From an uncultured Candidatus Binatia bacterium (GTDB lineage Bacteria > Desulfobacterota > Binatia > UBA9968 > JAJDTQ01), in NCBI GenBank assembly GCA_965242525.1, contig OZ251459.1, positions 192,001 through 256,000 of the forward strand: 64,000 nucleotides of DNA. Reading direction: 5' to 3'. How positions within the stretch are numbered: position 1 is the first letter of the stretch; each line of letters begins with the position of its first letter. This document shows positions 38,701 to 47,700 of this stretch, one piece after another. The notes beneath the pieces were generated by a model. It was not told the DNA's origin. It ran no database searches and was given only the letters and a program-made list of their open reading frames with translations. Position numbers and translations under genes: made by a program.

Positions 38701-41700
38701 GGCGTGGCTGACCCGTCGAGCGTGACGCTGACCATCGAGGACGACGAAGCCGCGCCGAAGGTGACGCTGGTTCTGTCCTCGTCGTCCATTTCGGAGGACG
38801 GCGGCCAGGCGACGGTAACGGCGACGCTCTCGCACGCATCGAGCGCGGCGACGACGGTGACGGTGGCGGCCTCGGCGGGGGCGCACACGGCGGCGGCGGA
38901 CTTCAGCTTGAGTGCGAACAGGGTGCTGACCATCGCGGCGGGGACGACGACGAGCACCGGCACGGTGACGATTTCGGCGGTGGACGACGACGAGGACGCG
39001 GCCAACGACAAGACGGTGGCCGTGTCGGCGACGGCGGCCAACGGCCACGGCGTGGCCGGTGACCCGAACGCGGTGACACTGACGATCACGGACGACGACC
39101 TGGACCGGAAGCCGACGTTTGGCGGCGCGCAGGTCGCCAGCCGGCTATGGCCGACCGCCACCGTGATCCCGCGCCTGGTGCTGCCGCGGGCGACGGGGGG
39201 AGATGGGACGCTGACCTACACGTTGTCGCCGGCGTTGCCTTCGTGGTTGTCGCGGAACGGGTTCCTGGTGACGGGCACGACGCCGGGCGATCCGACGAAC
39301 CAGGTGGAATACACCTGGACGGTGGAGGACGAGGACGGGGACGAGGACTCGGTGAAGTTCCTGGCGGCGGTGATTCGCCCGGGCGACCCGCCCCGGTTGG
39401 TCAACCCGCCGGGGATCGTCGTGAACACGGGAGACATGCCGGCGCTGTCGCTGTCGTCGCCGCGGGTGACGGAGGGGGCGTCGGGTTCGACGTCGGCCCT
39501 GAGGTGGACGGTGACGTTGAGCAAGGCGAGCACCGCGCAGGTGACGGTGAAGTACGCGGACGCGGGTACGGGTACGGCGACCTCCGGGACCGACTACGCG
39601 GCGCTCAGTGGCGGGACGCTGACGTTTGCGCCCGGTGAGACGAGCAAGACGGTGACGGTGACGGTGACCGGTGACGGGGTGGACGAACCGGACGAGACGG
39701 TGAAGGTATCGCTGAGCGAGCCGGTGAACGCGAGACTCCCGGTGAGCGCCGCGACGGGAACCGGAACGATCGAGGACGACGACGCGGCGCCGACGGTTGC
39801 GTTGGCGGTAGCGGACGCATCGATCTCCGAGAACGGCGGAACGACGACGGTGACGGCCACGCTGAGCCACGCGTCGAGCGCGGCGACCACGATCACCGTG
39901 ACGGCGGTGTCGGATGCCTACACGGTGGGGGCGGACGCCACGATCACGATCGCTGCTGGCGAGACGGAGACCGCGACCGACAGCGTGACGATTACGGCGG
40001 TGAACGACGCAGTGGACAACGTGGGCGACCGGGCCGTGACGGTGACGGGAACGGCGCAGAACAGCCAGGGCATCGGCACGGTAACGGGTGCGAGCTTGAC
40101 GCTGACCGACGACGAAACTACGCCGACGGCGACGTTGGCGCTGAGCGACGCGACGATCGATGAACACGACGGGACGAATCCGGGTTCGGCGACGGTGACC
40201 GCGACGCTGAACCGTGCATCGACCGAGGCGGTGACCCTGACGGTGGCGGCCACGGCGGGAACGAACGCGGCGGACGGCGACTTCAGCTTGTCGAGCGCGA
40301 ATACGCTCACCATCGCGGCGGGAGACACCAGCAGCACCGGCACGGTGACGGTAACCGCGGTCGACAACACGGCGGACGCGCCGGACAAGGAAGTGACCGT
40401 CTCGGCAACGGTGAGCGGCGACAGCGGCGTGGCTGACCCGTCGAGCGTGAAGCTGACGATCCGGGACGACGAAGCCGCGCCGACGGTGACGCTGGCGGTA
40501 GCGGACAACGCGGTCTCCGAGAACGGCGGCACGACCACGGTAACGGCCACGCTGAGCCACGCTTCGAGCGCGGCGACGACGGTCACGGTGCAGCCGGAAG
40601 CGGGCGCCTACACGGTGGGCGCGGACGCGACCATCACGATTGCGGCGGGCGAAACGTCGAACGCTTCGGACACGGCGACGGTCACAGCGGTGAACGACGC
40701 CATCGACAACGTGGTCAACCGCTCGACGACGGTGACGGGGACGGCGGTCAACGCCCAAGCTGCCGCGGAGTCGGCGACGGTGACCGTAATCGGCGCGGCG
40801 CTGACCTTGACCGACGACGAAGCCACGCCGGCGGTGACGCTGGCGCTGTCCGAACCCGATGCCTTGAAGCCGGACACCATCGACGAGAGTGGCGCGGGCA
40901 ACGCAAGCACGGTGACGGCGACGCTGGACCGTGCGTCGAGCGAGGCGGTGACCTTGACGGTGGCGGCGACGGCGGGGACGAATGCGGCGGCGACGGACTT
41001 CAGCCTGTCGAGTGCGAAGACCCTGACCATCGCGGCGGGAGACACGAGCAGCACCGGCACGGTGACGGTGACTGCGGTGGACAACACGGTGGACGCGCCC
41101 GACAAGCAGGTGACCGTCTCCGCAACGGTGAGCGGCGATAGCGGCGTCGCCGCGCCGGCAAGCGTGACGCTGACGATCCGAGACGACGATGCTGCGCCGA
41201 CGGTGATGCTGGCGGTAGCGGACGCCTCGATCTCCGAGAACGGCGGAACGACGACGGTGACGGCAACGCTGAGCCACGCTTCGAGCGCGGCGACGACGAT
41301 CACCGTGCAGCCGGAGGCCGGCGCCTACACGGTGGGGGCGGACGCGACCATCACCATTGCGGCGGGCGAGACTGCGAACGCCGCAGATACGGCGACAATC
41401 ACGGCCGTGGACGACACGATCGACAACGTGGCGAACCGGACCGCGACGGTGACCGGAACGGCGCAGAACAGCCAGGACGTCGGCACTGTAACGGGTGCGA
41501 GCTTGACGCTGACCGACGACGAGGGAGCGCCAACGGCGACGCTCGTGCTGAACCCGGCGGCGATCGACGAACACGACGGGACCAACCCCGGATCGGCGAC
41601 GGTGACGGCGACGCTGGACCGGGCGTCGAGCGAGGCGGTGACGTTGACGGTGGCGGCGACGGCGGGGACGAACGCGGCGTCGGGGGACTTCAGCCTGTCG

Positions 41701-44700
41701 AGCGCGGAGACCCTGACCATCGCGGCGGGGGAGATGGCGAGCACCGGCACGGTGACGGTGACTGCGGTGGACAACACGGTGGACGCGCCGGACAAGGAAG
41801 TGACGGTCTCGGCAACCGTGGGCGGTGACAGCGGCGTTGCCGCGCCGGCAAGCGTGAAGCTGACGATCCGGGACGACGAAGCCGCGCCGACGGTGACGCT
41901 GGCGGTAGCGGACAACGCGATCTCCGAGAACGGCGGTACGACCACGGTGACGGCCACGCTGAGCCACGCTTCGAGCGCGGCGACGACGATCACCGTGCAG
42001 CCGGAAGCAGGCGCCTACACGGTGGGGGCGGACGCGACCATCACGATTGCGGCGGGCGAAACGTCGAACGCGGCGGACACGGCGACGGTTACGGCCGTGA
42101 ACGACGCCATCGACAACGTGGTCAACCGCTCGACGACGGTGACGGGGATGGCAGCCAACGCGCAGGCTGCCGCGGAGTCGGCGACGGTGGCGGTGACCGG
42201 CGCGGCGCTGACCTTGACGGACGACGAAGGCACGCCGGTGGTGACCCTGGCGCTGTCCGAACCCGATGCGTTGAAGCCGGACACCATCGACGAGAGCGGC
42301 GCGGGCAACGCGAGCACGGTGACGGCGACCTTGAACCGTGCGTCGAGCACGGCAGTGACCTTGACGGTGGGGGCGACGGCGGGGACGAACGCGGCGTCGG
42401 GTGACTTCAGCCTGTCGAGCGCGAAGACGCTGACCATCGCGGCGGGGGAGACAGCGAGCACCGGGACGGTGACGGTGACGGCGGTGGACAACACGGTGGA
42501 TGCGCCGGACAAGGAAGTGACGGTCTCGGCGGTGGTGAGCGGGAACAGCGGGGTGGCGGCGCCGGCGAGCGTGACTCTGACCATCGAGGACGACGAAGCG
42601 GCGCCAACGGTGACGCTGGCGGTAGCGGACAGCGCGATCTCCGAGAACGGCGGAACGACGACGGTGACGGCGACGCTGAGCCACGCTTCGAGCGCGGCGA
42701 CCACGATCACCGTGACGGCGGTGTCGGGGGCCTACATGGTGGGCTCGGACGCGACCATCACGATTGCGGCGGGCGAAACGTCGAACGCTTCGGACACGGC
42801 GACGGTCACAGCGGTGGACGACGCCATCGACAACGTGGTCAACCGCACGACGACGGTGACGGGGACGGCGGCCAACGCGCAGGCTGCCGCGGAGTCGGCG
42901 ACGGTGGCGGTGACCGGCGCGGCGCTGACCTTGACGGACGACGAAGGCACGCCGGTGGTGACCCTGGCGCTGTCCGAACCCGATGCGTTGAAGCTGGACA
43001 CCATCGACGAGAGCGGCGCGGGCAACGCGAGCACGGTGACGGCGACCTTGAACCGTGCGTCGAGCACGGCAGTGACCTTGACGGTGGGGGCGACGGCGGG
43101 GACGAACGCGGCGTCGGGTGACTTCAGCCTGTCGAGCGCGAAGACGCTGACCATCGCGGCGGGGGAGACAGCGAGCACCGGGACGGTGACGGTGACGGCG
43201 GTGGACAACACGGTGGATGCGCCGGACAAGGAAGTGACGGTCTCGGCGGTGGTGAGCGGGAACAGCGGGGTGGCGGCGCCGGCGAGCGTGACTCTGACCA
43301 TCGAGGACGACGAAGCGGCGCCAACGGTGACGCTGGCGGTAGCGGACAGCGCGATCTCCGAGAACGGCGGAACGACGACGGTGACGGCGACGCTGAGCCA
43401 CGCTTCGAGCGCGGCGACCACGATCACCGTGACGGCGGTGTCGGGGGCCTACATGGTGGGCTCGGACGCGACCATCACGATTGCGGCGGGCGAAACGTCG
43501 AACGCTTCGGACACGGCGACGGTCACAGCGGTGGACGACGCCATCGACAACGTGGTCAACCGCACGACGACGGTGACGGGGACGGCGGCCAACGCGCAGG
43601 CTGCCGCGGAGTCGCAGACGGTGGCGGTGACTGGCGCGGCGCTGACCTTGACCGACGACGAAGCCGCGCCGACAGTGACTCTGGCGCTGTCCGAACCCGA
43701 TGCGTTGAAGCCGGACACCATCGACGAGAGCGGCGCGGGCAACGCGAGCACGGTGACGGCGACCCTGGACCGGGCGTCGAGCGCGGCGGTGACGCTGACG
43801 GTGGCTGCGGCAGCGGGGACGAACGCGGCGTCGGGGGACTTCAGCCTGTCGAGCGCGAAGACGCTGACCATCGCGGCGGGAGACACGAGCAGCACCGGCA
43901 CGGTGACGGTGACGGCGGTGGACAACACGGTGGACGCGCCGGACAAGGAAGTAACCGTCTCGGCAACGGTGAGCGGCGACAGCGGCGTGGCGGACCCGGC
44001 GAGCGTGACGCTGACGATAGAGGACGACGAGGCGGCGCCGACGGTGACGCTGGCGGTAGCGGACAACGCGATCTCCGAGAACGGCGGTACGACGACGGTG
44101 ACGGCCACGCTGAGCCACGCTTCGAGCGCGGCGACGACGGTCACCGTGCAGCCGGAAGCAGGCGTCTACACGGTGGGCGCGGACGCGACCATCACGATTG
44201 CGGCGGGCGAAACGTCGAACACTGCGGACAGCCTGACCATCACCGCTGTGGACGACGCGATCGACAACGTGCCCAACCGCGCCGCGACGGTGGACGGTTC
44301 GGCGCAGAATAGCCAGGGCGTCGGCACGGTAACGGGCGCGAACCTCACCCTCACCGACGACGAGGGAGCGCCTACGGCGACGCTGGCGCTGAGCGATGCG
44401 ACGATCGATGAACACGACGGGACGAACCCCGGGTCGGCGACGGTGACGGCGACGCTGAACCGTGCATCGACTCAGGCGGTAACGCTGACCGTGGCCGCGG
44501 CTGCGGGAAGGAACGCGGCATCTGGCGACTTCAGTCTGTCGAGCACCAAGACGCTGACCATCGCGGCAGGAGACACCAGCAGCACCGGTACAGTGACCGT
44601 GATGGCGGTCGATAACACGGCGGACGCGCCGGACAAGGAAGTGACCGTCTCGGCAATGGTGAGCGGCGACAGCGGCGTGGCGGACCCGGCGAGCGTGAAG

Positions 44701-47700
44701 CTGACGATCCGGGACGACGAGGCGGCGCCGACGGTGACGCTGGCGGTAGCGGACAACGCGATCTCCGAGAACGGCGGCTCAACCACCGTGACCGCAACGC
44801 TGAGCCATGCGTCGAGCGCAGCGACCACGATCACCGTACAGCCGGCGTCAGGCGCCTACACTGTGGGTTCGGACGCGACCATCACGATTGCGGCGGGCGA
44901 GACGTCGAACGCTTCGGACACGGCGACGGTCACGGCCGTGAACGATGCCATCGACAACGTGGTCAACCGCACGACGACGGTGACGGGGACGGCGGTCAAC
45001 GCGCAGGCTGCTGCGGAGTCGGCGACGGTGGCGGTGACCGGCGCGGCGCTGACCTTGACCGACGACGAAGCCACGCCGGCGGTGACCCTGGCGCTGTCCG
45101 AACCCGATGCGTTGAAGCCGGACACCATCGACGAGAGCGGCGCGGGCAACGCGAGCACGGTGACGGCGACCCTGGACCGCGCGTCGACCGAGGCGGTGAC
45201 GCTGACGGTAGCGGCGACGGCGGGGACGAACGCGGCGTCGGGTGACTTCCGCCTGTCGAGCGCGAAGACGCTGACCATCGCGGCCGGGGAGACGAGCAGC
45301 ACCGGCACGGTGACGGTGACCGCGGTGGACAACACGGTGGACGCGCCGGACAAGGAAGTGACGGTATCGGCGGTGGTGAGCGGGAACAGCGGCGTGGCCG
45401 CCCCGTCCGCCGTGACGCTGACCATCGAGGACGACGAAGCGGCGCCGGCGGTGACGCTGGCGGTAGCGGACAACGCGATCTCCGAGAACGGCGGAACGAC
45501 CACGGTAACGGCCACGCTGAGCCACGCTTCGAGCGCGGCGACGACGGTCACCGTGCAGCCGGAAGCGGGGGCCTACACGGTGGGCTCGGACGCGACGATC
45601 ACGATTGCGGCGGGCGAGACGGCGAACGCGGCCGACAGCGTGACCATCACGGCGGTGGACGACGCGATCGACAACGTGGTGAACCGGACGGCGACGGTGA
45701 GCGGAACGGCGCAGAACAACCACGACGTCGGCACGGTAACGGGCGCGAGCTTGACGCTGACCGACGACGAGGGAGCGCCGACGGCGACGCTGGTGCTGAA
45801 CCCGGCGGCCATCGACGAGCACGACGGGACGAATCCGGGTTCGGCGACGGTGACCGCGACGCTGAACCGTGCATCGACTCAGGCGGTAACGCTGACCGTG
45901 GCCGCGGCGGCGGGAACGAACGCGGCGGCGACGGACTTCGAACTGTCGAGCGCCAGGACGCTGACCATTGCGGCAGGAGACACCGGCAGCACCGGTACGG
46001 TGACGGTGACCGCGGTCGATAACACGGCGGACGCGCCGAACAAGGAAGTGACGGTATCGGCAACGGTGAGCGGCGACAGCGGCGTGGCGGACCCGGTGGC
46101 CGTGACGCTGACGATCGAGGACGACGAGGCGGCGCCGGGGGTGATTCTGTCGGTGGCGGACAGCGCCATCTCGGAGGACGGCGGTACGGCGACGGTGACG
46201 GCGACGCTGAGCCATGCGTCGAGCGCGGCGACGACGGTGACGGTGCAGCCGGTGTCGGGGGCGTACAGGGTGGGTTCGGACGCGACCATCACGATCGCCG
46301 CGGGCGAGACGGCGAACGCTGCGGACAGCGTGACGATCACCGCGGTGGACGATGGCGTGGAGAACGCGGAGGACCGTTCGGTGTCGGTGACGGGGACTGC
46401 GGAGAACAGCCAGGGCGTGGGGGGCGTGGCCGGCGCGGCGCTGACCATCACGGAGGGGAGCGGGCAGGGGACCCGGCAGAATGCCGGAGCGGAGGACGGG
46501 GCGCCGGCCTTTGCCTCGGACAGGTTCGACGCGCAACGCTACGTGCGGGACTCGACCATCGCGCCGGTCCCGCTGCCGGCAGCCACCGGCGGGGACGGGA
46601 CGCTGACCTATACGCTGAGCGGGCCGGGGGATTCGAGCGGCCTGACCCTGCCGGCCGGGATCGCGTATGCGGCGCCGAGCGCCGGCGACGGCACGGGCGG
46701 GACGCTGTCGGGCACGCCTGCGGAGGTGGCGGCAGAGGCGACCTACACGCTGACGGCCACGGACGAAGACGGTGACGAGGCCAGCCTGTCGTTCTCCATG
46801 GAGGTGGTGAGCGCGGTCAGGGCGGCGCCGAACCGGGTTCCGTCTTTCGATCCGAACATGTTTGCCTCGCAGCGCTACATCGAGGATCGGGCGATCGAGC
46901 CGGTGGTGCGGCTGCCGGCGGCGACCGGCGGCGACGGGAGGCTGAGCTACGAGTTGAGGGGGCCGCTCGTGGCCCCCGGCGACGACATGACCCGGTTGGC
47001 CCGGCCGTCCAGGGCGCCCCTGCCCACCGGAATCCTCTACGTGGCGCCGGGCAGGCCGGAGATGTGCCGCGGGAGGGGAGATGCCGGGAAGATGGACATG
47101 TCTGCGGTCGGCGGCGGCACCCTGTGCGGCACGCCGAGGGAGGCGGCGGTGGAGAGGGTATACACGCTGACGGCCAGGGACGAGGACGGGGACACTGCCA
47201 CGTTGAGGTTCACCATCCTGGTGGAGCCGGACCTGACGCCGAGTTTCGAGGAGACGGTGGCGGACCAGGAGTGGATCGAGGACGAGGGCATCGCGCCGGT
47301 GAGCCTGCCGCTGGCGAGGGGCGGCAACGGGACGTTGCGTTACACGCTGACGCCGGCGCTGCCGGGCGGAGTGGTCCGGGACCCGTCCACGCACACGGTA
47401 ACGGGAACGCCGACGGAGGGGTGGGAGCGGACGGAATACGCGTGGACGGCCACGGACGAGGACGGGGACAGTGCGGTGGTGCGGTTCTCGGTGACGGTGC
47501 TGACGGAGGCGGACGTGCAGCGGCGTCGTCTCCGTGGGGTGAACGAGGTGATCCTGCCGGAAGTGTCCCGAGCCATGTGGAGCAGCGCGGTGGACTCGGT
47601 GAGCGTGCGTCTGGGGCCGGACCGGAGGGTGGAGAGCGCCGACGTGGCGCGAACGGTGGCGTCGGTGTTGGAGAAGCTGCCCGGTCGGGAACGGGGGCTG

